From Eledone cirrhosa (lineage: Eukaryota): DNA of 64,000 nucleotides. Position numbers and translations under genes: made by a program. The stretch's first letter is position 1; every line of letters begins with the position of its first letter. The stretch covers positions 205,902,001-205,966,000 of the forward strand of contig OZ024742.1 in NCBI GenBank assembly GCA_964016885.1, written 5' to 3'. Below, in pieces: positions 1 through 14,529 of this stretch. Under the pieces are notes generated by a model, which saw nothing but the letters and a program-made list of their open reading frames with translations, made no database searches and was not told the DNA's origin.

Positions 1-1165
1 TTGTCCTCAGCCTCGCCTGACTGTGTTGGAGCATTTGCTCTTTTGCTTTTTGTAGAAGAGATATGCTCCGATAGTCAGGCAGTCCAGCTGCTGTCAACAC
101 TTGCTATGCTGAGCGCTGGGCATGCCATGACTCATGATGCAAAGACATGCGCTCAGTCTACGGCATCTCCATCTCATCCTTGATGGTGAACAGGTGTGGT
201 TGCCGTTTGCTAGACGCGTTTTCCCCAGCTCGTCTTCTTGAAAGAGTTGCAGACCTGGGTCAAGCGAAGACCAAGAGGGAATGGTTTGGAGACTGGAATG
301 TGTTCAGGTGCTCACAGCCCTCGACCAATCAGGTGATGCAATCAGTGGAAACTCCGCCTTGGCGTTCTATAGAGGGTTAGTGGAGGGAAAGAGTGACAAC
401 ATCATTGGGAAACTCTGGGCATTGACAAAAATCAACTGACTAATCTCTTTGGGAGAACTTTTAGGCCGGGGCCCATGGACAACTTCCAGAAATCCTTGGC
501 TTGGCAGTGCTACCGGGGAGCTTTGCCAGTTCGGGATAAACTCTACAGGCATGTAAGTGCTGTCAGCCAGGCTTGTCTGAGATGCACGAAACCATCCTGC
601 ACGCACTCGTCCAGTGTCCGAGCATTGCTGATTTGTGGGTTTATGTCGAACACCTGCTGTTGCCTGTAGAATGGATCTGGCTATCAGCTGAGTCCATAGT
701 GAGGATTGCCTCGCTGCTTTCCTTTAGCCGCAAAGGGCATGCAGTTTTTATCTGCCTGGTGGCCATGGCAAGCGAGGTCATGTGGTGGATGCTCTGATTA
801 ACTTTTTCATTTGAAAAGGAAAATCAAGGTGGAGAGGAAGTGCTCTCTTCCCAGCAATTTGTTGAAAGATGGGTGAAAGAGGCAAGCATGGCCAGAGTGA
901 ATGGGCCTGCTCTGAATATGTGCCTGTAGATTGGAGGTGAGAAACTGGGAGAGGGCACTTGCCCTGGTGGTCAGTGTCACTGTGGCTTTTTTAATGGTTT
1001 TTTTTCCATGAGTAACCCTCAGAGGTCTCCCTCCTATTGGGGAATTTTCCTTTGTTTAATTTTTTTTGTTACATACTTTGTTTTTTATATGTATATGTTT
1101 ATACGCAGAAACGCCCATTTGTACTATCCTGTGCCGTCCTGTGCTGTCTTTAATGTTATACTTTA
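1..1165 (+). mobile_element. Degenerate 3' fragment of a Tx1/L1-type non-LTR retrotransposon (C-terminal zf-RVT region plus T-rich 3' UTR)
   Basis: Frameshifted ORF pieces 475-669 and 573-797 join to give ...QKSLAWQCYRGALPVRDKLYRH...ACLRC..ETILHALVQCPSIADLW, the CxxC..E..H....C zinc-binding motif at the end of L1/Tx1 ORF2. Confidence 0.7.
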
Positions 1166-1169
1166 TGTC

Positions 1170-2966
1170 TCTGTTTGTCTCTAAAATTTAATTTTTGATT
1201 ATTGGATTTTTGCCTTGTGTTAAATGTTCTACACATTTTTTAAGCTATATTGTACATACATGAAGTATGTGTTGTTCACAAAGACCAGAAAAATGTGATA
1301 AATATCAAAAATTCCCACAAGGGGCTGGTGTGATTTTAAACAAGTGTTTTAAGTGATATCTCACATATAATCCAAAGGAAAACAGTAAAATTTTCTAAAT
1401 ATTTTGAAAGGTACCAGTTTATCTTTAATGGAACCAAAACTTTTCAGATAGTGAGGGGAAAGTATTCCACCATTATTTTCCATGGTGAGAAATAGACTAA
1501 ATAATCATTCTACATTTCTGTTCTACTTTTATTAATGAAAGCCATTGTATTAGTTGTTGCTGTTGTTGTTTCCTTTATAAACAGGGGCATGTTTCAGTTT
1601 TCAAAGCAATAATGGAAAATGCCATAATAATAATAATTGTTTCTACTTTTTGGCACAAGACCAGCAATTACCCAGTGCATTACTGGTACTTTATTTTATC
1701 GACCCCGTAAGGATGAAAGGCAAAGTTAACCTTGGCGGGATTTGAACTCAGACCATAAAGGGGCATAACTCTATGCTGCAAAGCATGGCATCTGACCCTC
1801 TACCGATACTGCCAATCCACCTGTTTCTACATTTGGCACAAAGCCAGTAATTACCCCAGTGCATTACTGGGACTTTATTTTATCAACCCCGTAAGGATGA
1901 AAGGCAAAGTTAACCTCAGCGGGATTTGAACTCAGAATGTAAAGGAATAATAATTGGTTCTACTTTTGGCACAAGGCCAGCAATTATCTCAGTGTATTAC
2001 TGGTACTACACTGGGATAATTGCTGGCCTTGTGCCAAAAGTAGAAACAATTATTATTCCTTTACGTTCTGAGTTCAAATCCCGCTGAGGTTAACTTTGCC
2101 TTTCATCCTTACGGGGTCGATAAAATAAAGTACCAGTAATACACTGGGATAATTGCTGGCCTTGTGCCAAAAGTAGAACCAATTATTATTCCTTTACGTT
2201 CTGAGTTCAAATCCCGTTGAGGTTAACTTTGCTTTTTATCCTTATGGGGTTGATAAAATAAAGTCCCAGTAATGCACTGGGGTAATTACTGGCTTTGTGC
2301 CAAATGTAGAAACAGGTGGATTGGCAGTATCGGTAGAGGGTCAGATGCCATGCTTTGCAGCATAGAGTTATGCCCCTTTATGGTCTGAGTTCAAATCCCG
2401 CCAAGGTTAACTTTGCCTTTCATCCTTACGGGGTCGATAAAATAAAGTACCAGTAATGCACTGGGTAATTGCTGGTCTTGTGCCAAAAAGTAGAAACAAT
2501 TATTATTATTATGGCATTTTCCATTATTGCTTTGAAAACTGAAACATGCCCCTGTTTATAGAGGAAACAACAACAGCAACAACTAATACAATGGCTTTCA
2601 TTAATAAAAGTAGAACAGAAATGTAGAATGATTGTTTAGTCTATTTCTCACCATGGAAAATAATGGTGGAATACTTTCCCCTCACTATCTGAAAAGTTTT
2701 GGTTCCATTAAAGATAAACTGGTACCTTTCAAAATATTTAGAAAATTTTACTGTTTTCCTTTGGATTATATGTGAGATATCACTTAAAACACTTGTTTAA
2801 AATCACACCAGCCCCTTGTGGGAATTTTTGATATTTATCACATTTTTCTGGTCTTTGTGAACAACACATACTTCATGTATGTACAATATAGCTTAAAAAA
2901 TGTGTAGAACATTTAACACAAGGCAAAAATCCAATAATCAAAAATTAAATTTTAGAGACAAACAGA
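1170..2966. repeat. Large inverted duplication: arms ~1170-2007 and ~2130-2966 with a ~120-bp SINE-derived spacer
   Basis: ctgtttgtctctaaaatttaatttttgattattgg at 1171 is the reverse complement of the sequence ending ~2965. The arms match throughout with scattered substitutions. Confidence 0.95.
1632..2510. mobile_element. Cluster of tRNA-derived SINE copies (family S1; A/B boxes plus Meta-like central domain)
   Basis: Repeated unit tggcagtatcgg (A box)...gagttcaaatccc (B box)...ttaactttgcctttcatccttacggggtcgataaaataaagtacc...agtagaaacaattatta on both strands. Confidence 0.85.
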
Positions 2967-3039
2967 CAAACAAAGTGAGTTATTTTTTTCTAAAATGTGT
3001 GATAATTCTAGAAACAAAACAAGTCACTTGTAGACTATT

Positions 3040-3212
3040 AATTGTTTCTACTTTTGGCACAAGGCCAGCAATTATCCAGTGCATTACTGGTACTTTATTT
3101 TATCGACCCTGTAAGGATGAAAGGCAAAGTTAACCTCAGCGGGATTTGCACTCAGAATGACAAGGGCCGTAACTCAATGTGTCAAAGCATGGTGTCCGAC
3201 CCTCTACCTTCT
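3040..3212 (-). mobile_element. SINE family S1 copy
   Basis: Reverse complement of the S1 unit (ttgtttctacttttggcacaaggccagc...ggatgaaaggcaaagttaacc). Confidence 0.8.
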
Positions 3213-3989
3213 TGTAGACCATTAATGGCAACGAGGTAGTGGTGGTGGTGGAGGTGTTATAATGTGGTAGTGATGATGAACGGTATTCCAGTCAGGTCTA
3301 GCCTGTCTTTTTAGGAATATATATAACTACATTATCCAATGTATGCCTTCATTTTTCAAAATGTTGACATGTAACTAGATGAAGATTTGACTGTTATTTC
3401 TACCATATGAAACAACTTCATAGAATGCTTTCTCACAGTGATGGCATTGTTGTGATATGGTAGTGAAGATGATGGTGTTGTGCCAGAGTTAGTGGTTATG
3501 ACAACTGTTAAGATAATAATGATAGAATCATGGTTAGTTAAAACAGTATTATGATGTAATGGAATAGTGATGATAGAGTAGTGATATGGTAATGGGTTCT
3601 TGTGTTTGATTGAGAGTAGTACTGTGGTGTGTTAATAGTGATGGTTATTATTATTGCTGTTGTTGTTTAGCCCCAAGTCAATCCCGATCAAATTGTCTTA
3701 TTATGTTCATTATGTATGTATGGTCTTGTAACTCCTGATAGAGTCATAGGGATGCTGTATTGACATATGGCATTTCTTAGGCATTTAAAGCCTGGCAGAG
3801 CTCATCCCTCTCCAGGCCTGAGTACAGCAGATTTCTGACTGATACTTTTTTTTATCGACCTCAAAAGGATGAAGAGCAAAGTTGGCCTCTGTGGAATTTG
3901 AACTCAGAGAGCTGGAATGAATACCATAAAGCACTCTATCCAACCTCACAACTACAAGTATTTTGTTCCATTCTGTCATGCAGTGGTGA

Positions 3990-4300
3990 ATTATATGGCA
4001 TACAGATGGAAGTGTTGTTACATGGTAGTGGTGATGATGTAGTGATGTGGTAGTACTGTTGTGATGTGGTACTGACATTGTAATGTGTTAGCAATGGTGG
4101 TGTTGTGATGTGTTAGTGATGGTGATGTGATGTGGCAGTGATAGATGTGTTGTGGTGCATTAGTAATGGTGGTGTTGTGATGTGGTAGTGATGCTGGTGT
4201 TGGAGTGGTAGTGTTGTGATGATGGGAACAATAGGGATTATATAACAGTAGCAATGGTGGCGTTGCTTGTGAGAGTTGTGATAGTGGTGTTGTATTTGTG
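3990..4300. repeat. Degenerate low-complexity (GTG/GAT/TGT)-rich simple repeat
   Basis: Repeated gtgatgtggtagtg-like units. Confidence 0.7.
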
Positions 4301-4387
4301 CCAACAATGATCTCTACTATTAATTATGACACAACATAACCATGAATATCTCATAGGTAAGTGTTAGTTGATATCTGAAGAGTAAAA

Positions 4388-4608
4388 ATAATGATTTCTA
4401 GTATAGGCACAAGGACAGTAATTTGGGGGGAGCAGAAAGTCGATTAAATCAACCCCAGTTCGTTACTGGTGCTTTATTTTATCAACCCCGTAATGATGAA
4501 AGGCAAAGTTAACCTCGGCGGGATTTGAACTCAAACCGCAAAGGGACGTGACTCTAGGCTGCAAAGCATGGCGTCCGACCCTCTACCGATACTGCCAATC
4601 TACCACCC
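4388..4608 (-). mobile_element. SINE family S1 copy
   Basis: Reverse complement of S1, head-to-head with the copy at 4645-4833. Confidence 0.8.
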
Positions 4609-4644
4609 TTTGAAGAGTAAAAATAATAAACAATGACAATCATT

Positions 4645-4833
4645 GCGGTGAATTGGCAGTATCGGTAAAGGGTTGGACGCCATGCTTTCTAGCATAGTTA
4701 CGTCCCTTTACAGTCTGAGTTCAAATCCTGCCGAGGTTTACTTTGCCTTTCATCCTTATGGGGTCGATAAAATAAAGTACCAGTAATGTACTGGGTAATT
4801 GCTGGCCTTGTGCCTAAAGTAGAAACAATTATT
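4645..4833 (+). mobile_element. SINE family S1 copy
   Basis: gaattggcagtatcgg...gagttcaaatcc...gcctttcatccttatggggtcgataaaataaagtacc...tagaaacaattatta. Confidence 0.85.
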
Positions 4834-6976
4834 AATGATAATGATAACTAAGAGAAAGATAAAAAAAAACAAGAAACTGTTCGCACTCTCTTAAACAGTT
4901 CTTGAAAATGAGATCTTATTTGCCCAATTTTCTTCGTTAGAGTGATAGAGTATTGTTTGTTCATTACTAATTTTTAAGGCAAGTAATAGATTTCCTTATT
5001 TATTGCCATAGAAGCAGGGTTTGGAAAATTTCTGTTCTAAATTATTGAATGTGGAAGGTATGTAATAAATTTGGATCAGAATGGTATGGAGGGAGACTAC
5101 AGCTTCAAACTAAATCAAATCTATTTCTATTGTTCATTTTAAACACAAACAAGTTATAGCAATAATTTAGCCAGACCATTTACTGTCTTGGCTACCTCTT
5201 CTATCAATATGAGTCACTGTAGATACTTGTATGAAATTACTTCTCTCATAACCTCAGCCAACATCGAAAGATAGGTAAATGAATACAACAAACCTAAACC
5301 AACCATGACCCACCACACAAAATACAAATACTTAGTTATAAATATCATGGTTAACAGTTAATTAATTATCTTTAACCATTTAACAATATATCAAACCCTT
5401 TGTGTATAGGCCTGACTTCAGTCTTTGACTCATACACAAGTAAATACTATTTGCAACTTTGTTTGCATTTATTTAAATAAGAGGTTCTCAAAGTGGGCAC
5501 GCTACCACCCCCTGGGGTGCACTGGGTCCTAAGCGGGAGGTGGTGAAATAATCCCAACCATTGCAAATAGAGTCTAGCAAAGGCCTCAAACCATAGTTAT
5601 TGTAGCAATATGTTTCTATGGTCTATACCTGAAATAAACAGTTTAATCAATTGTTTTGAACAGCCATTTCTGATTGACTGACAATATATGAACATCTAAT
5701 AGGCAGTAAGAATTACAAACATTCAATAGAAAATTGCATATTTTATTTTGCATATGTGGAGGTCATTATATATAAATTCATGAGACTGTGTATCGTCTTG
5801 AGGGCTTTTGTTTTGTAGAACTAAATTCTGCTTAAATAGCCATTTTTATTTTTGTGTGCGACGTCATCAACATACATTTGTTTACAATGCTAATATTCAT
5901 ATAGACCAAGTCATATAGACTCAGTCTATATGACCAACCTGTTCTACTTATTCAACCATTTGCCAAGGTTTAATAGATAAGCCGGCAACAGTTTTCCATA
6001 CCCATGTTCCAAGGTGTTCTTCACTTTTTTAAACAGTAGGGTAGGATTTAAGGGATATTGGGCTGCTATTTCTAACATTGAGTGATGACACAGAAGCTTC
6101 TCTCACTAGCTGATTGTTGCTACTGTTGTTGCAGTCACTGCTGTTGTTATTGTTATTGGCATTACTGGTTTTGCTGTTTTGATTACAGTGGTATTTTCAT
6201 ATTTGTTATTGTTGCTGTTGTTGTTGGTGGTAGTGTTTTCATTTCTCTTATTTGTGAGACTACTAACTTCTTTTATTGTCTTATTATTACAGAATCATTA
6301 GAATACTGAGTAAAATGCTTTGCTGCATATATTTATGGCCCTTTACGTTCTGAGTTCAAATCTTGCCATGGTTAACAATAAAATAGTGGGCACTGTTTAT
6401 GAGTAGTGTGAGGAAGTTTGAGTATCATTGGCCTGGTAAATAATGTTATAACAATGAAAGAAATGTAGATATTGCTGATACTTTCCACTTATTGTGTTGA
6501 ACATTGCTTTTTATATTTTTCAACAATATATAATACAAAATGGGAAAAAAGACATCAATAATTGTGGCTATTGACTATTCTCTAAGAGTTAATTGTCTTG
6601 ATGTCTGCGTGTGAAGGAAGTTAATAGTTCTAGGGACTGCTGAGAAGGAAAAGGCTATTAATTCCGGTGTCTATATGTAAAGGAAATAATCAATAGTTCT
6701 GTCTGATGGAGAGGAAGTAGTTAATAGTCTTGTTGTCTGTTGGGAATGAATAAACGGATAGTCCTGATGGTCTGTTGAATGAAAGAGGCAGCCAATAGTT
6801 TTAGGGTGTGTATATTAATGAAAGAAAAAATAAAAGTAGATTCATACAATCATTAAACATAAAAAAAGCAAAGTAAATGTTCTAAGCTAGTTATTTCCTT
6901 TTCCCTCCTATGATACTTATTAATAGAATTATTGAAAAAAAGAATTTTTTTTTTTATTTCTATTAGAAATATAAGT

Positions 6977-7082
6977 AATAATTGTTTCTACTTTTGGCAC
7001 AAGGCCAGCAATTATCCCAGTGCATTACTGGTACTTTATTTTATCGACCCCGTAAGGATGAAAGGCAAAGTTAACCTCGGCG
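6977..7082 (-). mobile_element. 5'-truncated SINE S1 copy with apparent target-site duplication
   Basis: S1 3' half, flanked by the direct repeat gaaatataagtaataat (6966 and 7082). Confidence 0.8.
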
Positions 7083-9029
7083 AAATATAAGTAATAATAT
7101 TGTCTGGATAGTTGTCAAGAAGCTGGTGTTAATGGAAGGCTAAGAAAAACATTGTTAAGTGAACTTAACCTTCAAGAAAAAGATATATTCACAGTAAGAT
7201 TTGAGAGAATATTGAGTGGAAAGAAAGAAAATTTTAGATCGGTATCATAGGGTGATGATTTATAAAAGAAGTTATAGCTTTAGTATTTTGTTGGATGTTC
7301 TACTTATGATGAGAACAATGTATACAAAACTTGCTGTGATAGTCTGTAGCTGAAGACCAATTTAACAGCAATGTAATCAAAGATTTGTTATAATAGTTGC
7401 TATATTGGCAGTTAATATAAAATATATAAAGTGTTTATTTGTAAAAAGGTAAAACATACAAAATGAATTAAGGTCTTGTGAAGCTATCATGTCGAGTTAA
7501 TGGAATAAAGTTTAGCTGTATCGTACAGATCTAAAACATATTACTAGTTCAACATATGAGAAATAGGAGGTAATATCAATCCAGATTTTAGTGTTATATA
7601 CTAAAACTGTAGAAATTTATTCAAAATGAAATACAAATGAAAAGTTAAGAACAAGGATTTTCTATGATAAATCTTATCCGACTCTTTTTAAAAAGTTAAT
7701 TGAGGTTTGTTATAAAACTAAAACCCTTTAATCATGATTTTATATTAATGATAGGTGCAACCATGGCTGCGTGGTTAAGCATTTAACTTGACAACCATGT
7801 GGTTATGAGTTCTGTCCCATTGCATTATCCTGCAGGCAAATGTCTTCTACTATAGTGTATGGCTGACCAATGTCTTGTGAGTGAAATTCATAGACAGAAA
7901 CTACAAAACCTGTCATACGTGTTCGTTTATCTCTTTTTGCTTTGTATTTCACATCACTAACATAACCAGTAATGGTTGTTTATGTTTTGCATAAACAGAA
8001 ATCCTGAGGTTCAGTAGTTAGATGTATGAAGACACTACACCTAACTTATAAAATTACTGATAGTTAGCATTAGTAAGAGCATTTGACAGTAAAATTCGAC
8101 CCCAAAAATCTCATCCAACGCCTGCCAGCATAGAAAAACAGACATAGAAACAATGATGATAATGAAGAAATCTAGTGAATTGTAGAGCAACTCGTTACTT
8201 TATAAGATATAAACTTATCAATAGAATTAAAGAAAACTGAGTTAGCACTCACTTGGAAATGTTACAGCAAAGCTGTATTTGTTGCCAGCACATTTAAGTA
8301 TTGATGAAATGTGAAAAGCTTCATAACCTCAAGATTAATGCCCAGCAACATCCAAGTGGGGTTGTGACCCCCAAGAATGACAGCTGTAGCAATGCTAGAT
8401 GTTGTCTATTGTAAATATATCAATCAAATCAATCTTGAAATTAATAAACTACTTTTCATAACTTGGATTTGAGCATCAGGTGATGGGTCACCAATAAAGC
8501 ATTTGATTGTTTGCCATATAATTGGTTGTTTTATACTTTGGTATGCATGTCACTCATAAAAGGTGTATACCGTGCTTAGTAAGCATTGGACATTACTTAA
8601 TGAATATTACTTAAACTACTAAGTAATTGATCATGAGCCAACAAGGATGCTTCAGCATGGTCATTTGACTTGCTAAAAATAGCAGCCAAATTACCTTTAA
8701 ATCACACACTAACATCTTAAAGAGGATGGCATCTAAGATTACAATAGATAATGTAGTATTAAATAAAGTGTCAAACGTCTAAATTTTGAGGATGAGTTAT
8801 TGTAAATGTGATTAACATTTTTATATATGGCAGTTACAAACTGAATGAATATGTAGTCATCATCATCATCATCCTCGTTTAACGTCCACTTTCCATGCTA
8901 GCATGGGTTAGTGTAGTTGTAAATATAAAATCATGCTTAATATCTAAAGATAATGTTAATAGCATGGAAAAAGGATAATTGCATTGATAACTAATAAAAA
9001 ATAAAAAAAATATAAGATGGTCATAGGTA

Positions 9030-12000
9030 TGCTCACCAGGACTGATCTATGACAAAACAATAATCTATGATCATCATGGCTGATCTATGACTAAACAATG
9101 ATCCATGCTCACCAGGACTGATCTATGACTTAACAATTATCCATGCTCACCAGGACTGGTCTATGACTAAACAATGATCCATGCTCACCAGGACTGGTCT
9201 ATGACTAAACAATGATCCATGATCACCAGGACTGATCTATGACTTAACAATGATCCATGATCACCAGGACTGATCTATGACTTAACACTTAACAATGATC
9301 CATGCTCACCAGGACTGATCTATGACTTAACAATGATCTATGCTCGCCAGGACTGGTCTATGACTTAACACTTAACAATGATCCATGCTCACCAGGACTG
9401 ATCTATGATTTAACAATGATCCATGCTCACCAGGACTAATCTATGACTAAACAATGATCCATGCTCACCAGTCCTGATCTATGACTTAACAATGATCCAT
9501 GCTCACCAGGACTGGTCTATAACTAAACAATGATCCATGCTCACCAGGACTGGTCTATGACTAAACAATGATCCATGATCACCAGGACTGATCTATGACT
9601 TAACACTTAACAATGATCCATGCTCACCAGGACTGATCTATGACTTAACAATGATCTATGCTCGCCAGGACTGGTCTATGACTTAACACTTAACAATGAT
9701 CCATGCACACCAGGACTGATCTATGACTAAACAATGATCCATGCTCACCAGGACTGGTCTATGACTAAACAATGATCCATGCTCACCAGGACTGGTCTAT
9801 GACTAAACAATGATCCATGATCACCAGGACTGATCTATGACTTAACAATGATCCATGCTCGCCAGGACTGGTCTATGACTTAACACTTAACAATGATCCA
9901 TGCTCACCAGGACTGATCTATGACTTAACACTTAACAATGATCCATGCTCACCAGGACTGATCTATGACTAAACAATGATCCATGCTCACCAGGACTGAT
10001 CTATGACTTAACAATGATCCATGCTCACCAGGACTGGACTATGACTAAACAATGATCCATGCTCACCAGGACTGGTCTATGACTAAACAATGATCCATGA
10101 TCACCAGGACTGATCTATGACTTAACAATGATCCATGCTCGCCAGGACTGGTTTATGACTTAACACTTAACAATGATCCATGCTCACCAGGACTGATCTA
10201 TGACTTAACAATGATCCATGCTCACCAGGACTGATCTATGACTTAACAATGATCCATGCTCACCAGGACTGGTCTATGACTTAACAATGATCCTTGCTCA
10301 CCGGGACTGATCTATGACTTAACAATGATCCATGCTCACCAGGACTGATCTATGACTTAACAATGATCCATGCTCACCAGGACTGATCTATGACTAAACA
10401 ATGATCCATGCTCACCAGGACTGGTCTATGACTAAACAATGATCCATGCTCACTAGGACTGGTCTATGACTAAACAATGATCCATGCTCACCAGGACTGG
10501 TCTATGACTTAACAATGATCCATGCTCACCAGGACTGATCTATGACTTAACAATGATCCATGCTCACCCGGACTGATCTATGACTAAACAATGCTCCATG
10601 CTCACCAGGACTGATCTATGACTTAACAATGATCCATGCTCACCAGGACTGATCTATGACTAAACAATGATCCATGCTCACCAGGACTGGTGTATGAGTA
10701 AACAAGGATCCATGCTCACCAGGACTGATCTATGACTTAACAATGATCCATGCTCACCAGGACTGATCTATGACTTAACAATGATACATGCTCACCAGGA
10801 CTGATCTATGACTAAACAATGATCCATGCTCACCAGGACTGATCTATGACTTAACAATGATCCATGCTCACCAGGACTGATCTATGACTAAACAATGATC
10901 CATGCTCACCAGGACTGATCTATGACTTAACAATGATCCATGCTCACCAGGACTGGTCTATGACTTAACAATGATCCATGCTCACCAGGACTGGTTTATG
11001 ACTAAACAATGATCCATGCTCACCAGGACTGATCTATGACTTAACAATGATCCATGCTCACCAAGACTGGTCTATGACTAAACAATGATCCATGCTCACC
11101 AGGACTGGTCTATGACTAAACAATGATCCATGCTCACCAGCACTGATCTATGATTTAACAATGATCCATGCTCACCAGGACTGGTCTATGACTAAACAAT
11201 GATCCATGTTCAGCAGGACTGATCTATGACTTAACAATGATCCATGCTCACCAGGATTGATCTATGACTTAACAATGATCCATGCTCACCAGGACTGATC
11301 TATGACCAAACAATGATCCATGCTCACCAGGACTGGTCTATGACTAAACAATGATCCATGCTCACCAGGACTGGTCTATGACTTAACACTTAACAATGAT
11401 CCATGCTCACCAGGAGTGATCTATGACTTAACAATGATCCATGCTTGCCAGGACTGGTTTATGACTTAACACTTAACAATGATCCATGCTCACCATGACT
11501 GATCTATGACTTAACAATGATCCATGCTCACCAGGACTGATCTATGACTAAACAATGATCCATGCTCACCAGGACTGATCTATGACTTAACAATGATCCA
11601 TGCTCACCAGGACTGATCTATGACTTAACAATGATCCATGCTCACCAGGACTGGTCTATGACTTAACAATGATCCTTGCTCACCGGGACTGATCTATGAC
11701 TTAACAATGATCCATGCTCACCAGGACTGATCTATGACTTAAAAATGATCCATGCTCACCAGGACTGATCTATGACTAAACAATGATCCATGCTCACCAG
11801 GACTGGTCTATGACTAAACAATGATCCATGCTCACTAGGACTGGTCTATGACTAAACAATGATCCATGCTCACCAGGACTGGTCTATGACTTAACAATGA
11901 TCCATGCTCACCAGGACTGATCTATGACTTAACAATGATCCATGCTCACCCGGACTGATCTATGACTAAACAATGATCCATGCTCACCAGGACTGGTCTA

Positions 12001-12315
12001 TGACTAAACAATGATCCATGCTCACCAGGACTGGTCTATGACTAAACAATGATCCATGCCCACCAGGATTGGTCTATGACTAAACAATGATCCATGCTCA
12101 CCAGGACTGGTCTATGACTAAACAATGATCCATGCTCACCAGGACTGGTCTATGACTAAACAATGATCCATGCTCACCAGGACTGGTCTATGACTAAACA
12201 ATGATCCATGCTCACCAGGACTGGTCTATGACTAAACAATAATCTACATTAATCAGGACTGATTTATGACTAAACAATGATCTATGATCACTAGGACTGA
12301 TCTATGACTAAACAA
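9030..12315. repeat. 38-bp minisatellite array, roughly 85 units, with 45-bp variants
   Basis: Unit acaatgatccatgctcaccaggactg(a/g)tctatgact(a/t)a repeated head-to-tail. Some units carry a 7-bp cttaaca duplication. Confidence 0.98.
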
Positions 12316-13906
12316 GAACAAGAACAGCAACCTAACTGTTCAATATAAAATCCAGTGAGAAGGGAATATAGTAAAATGGATATTTACTAGAACTTTCTAA
12401 GAAAATTTACTCTGAAACATTTTCAAAATTATTTTCTGATATTCATAATAATTGTTTCTACTTTTGGCACAAGGCCAGCAATTAACCAGTGTATTACTGG
12501 TGTACCTATTCTAAATTGGATACACAGCAATATTACCAATATATAGTATATTTCTAGAAAAATGAATTGGAGAAAAAATATTGAAATTTCCTGTGAGATG
12601 ACTATAATTTCAATACCCTTTCAGTAATATTATAAGAATAAATACTATATATATGAGAGTTAGAGTTCTCTGAAAATATATGCAAGTCTTTCTAGCTGCT
12701 TGCATACAATCGTATTTCTGTTTCCTTACTCAATTGTTTCTCTTTTTACATCATGTATTGATTAAATGCTACAGACAATATTTCCCAGGAATTGCTACTG
12801 ATAGCTACAGACACAATCTGCCTGGTCTTACACAATACAATATTAATGTATTCCTTAATCGCACTTCTAGCTATCTTTTTAAGCCACTCTTGTAGGAAGT
12901 AAATGTAAAAATCTGCATGAACCAAAATTTTGCATTAGTAATTTTAAGGAGCAGAAGGATTAGGTTGCAAAGAGCCTTGGGATTTATTTATATATTTATT
13001 TATTCAGTCATTTTCATTTTAGGTTTAAATTCTTACCAGATTAAGTCTAGATTCTTGATGAAATGACACTTCTTTCATGTGTCATAAGACATTAAAGATA
13101 CGTTATAAATGATCTATATATTTGAAAATATGTATTTGAACATGAATTTGCACAGAAATTGTATGTATATATGAGGCATTCAATTTCAAATGGCTTAGTC
13201 ATTTATATTACATATATAGAGTATATCTTTCATTTCACATCTTTAAACAAATAAAACTCTTACTTGTCTATGCAAAAACATACTTACACAAACTCTCACA
13301 CAAACTTATACAAACTCACAGGCACACACATATGAGAGTCAGTTGAAAATTTAATATGCTGACTATGAAGGAGTGATGCTAGGGTTGTGAAATCTTGCTT
13401 GCATTAATTCCAACTCATTTTATTAATAACTGCATTGTTTCTTCCAGGGACTATATTGAAAATTAAACCCCATTTGGTCATTCTATGAGAGTATCTTGGT
13501 CAGCCTATGAACTTTTCAGCCTAGGAACTTTTAAACTGACTCTTGTATGCAGGCAGGGCTGTATCATAATTTCACAACCATATAATTTTGGTTTCAGTGG
13601 CACTACATGGCTCTTTGGGAAAGTGCCTTCTACTATAGCCCCAGGTTGTCTAATGCCTTGTGAATGAAATTTCTGTGTGTGTGTATGCCTGTGATGTGGG
13701 AGTAGGTGTATGTCTGCATTTATGTTGACACTGTTTAACAATCAGTGTTGTTTATTTATGTCTAACAATCAGTATTGTTTATTTATACGTTAGGGTCCCA
13801 TTGAGATAAATAAAGTAAGTACCAGACATTGATCAACTGAACCATTGAAGGTAATGTCTCACTATTGCCTGGTAAAGGAATATATATATATATATATACA
13901 CACACT

Positions 13907-13943
<37 letters not shown>

Positions 13944-13944
13944 A

Positions 13945-14215
13945 CATTCATTTCATTTTTACGTCCGCTTTTTCCCTGCTTACAAGGGTGGGGCGGGAAC
14001 TGATGCTGGCTTGATTTCTACAGCTGGATGCCCTTCCTAACACCAACCTCATTTACAGTGAGTGCTGGGTGCTTTTTTTGCGTGGCACCTCCACGACCAC
14101 TTTGCAGTGGAATGATAGGGACCCCAGTCCCTATCATCTCATTTCTACAGCTGAGTAAACTGGAGCAATGTGAAATAAAGTTTCTTGCTCAAGGAAACAA
14201 CACATCACCCGGTCT
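13945..14215 (-). mobile_element. SINE-like element sharing sequence with the RTE 3' UTR
   Basis: Reverse complement matches 43675-43935 and the RTE 3' UTR block gttggtgttaggaagggcatccagctgtagaaatcaagcc (48260-48305). Confidence 0.75.
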
Positions 14216-14218
14216 GAG

Positions 14219-14252
<34 letters not shown>

Positions 14253-14278
14253 TCATCATACATATATATATATATATA

Positions 14279-14426
14279 CTGTATTTTCTGGTGTCAAAGA
14301 CGCTACTTTCTTCCTAAAATAAGTCTCAAAATCTACCATGCATCCTGGAGGCCGAAGGTTGTTTATTATTTTTTTTCAAATTTTTGGTTGTCAAAATCAG
14401 GGTGTGTCTTCGAGGACGAAATACGG
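14279..14426. mobile_element. MITE (Tc1/mariner/pogo-type) with TA target duplication
   Basis: TA|ctgtattttc ... gaaatacgg|TA terminal inverted repeats. Confidence 0.65.
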
Positions 14427-14529
14427 TACATACATATTTATATATACATATATGTATATACATATATATATATATACACATACATATACAGTATATATAC
14501 ATATATATATATATATATACATATATGGA

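Noticed and set aside
9030-12315. CRISPR-like array
   Set aside because: Units are contiguous with no unique spacers, there are no cas genes, and the context is eukaryotic
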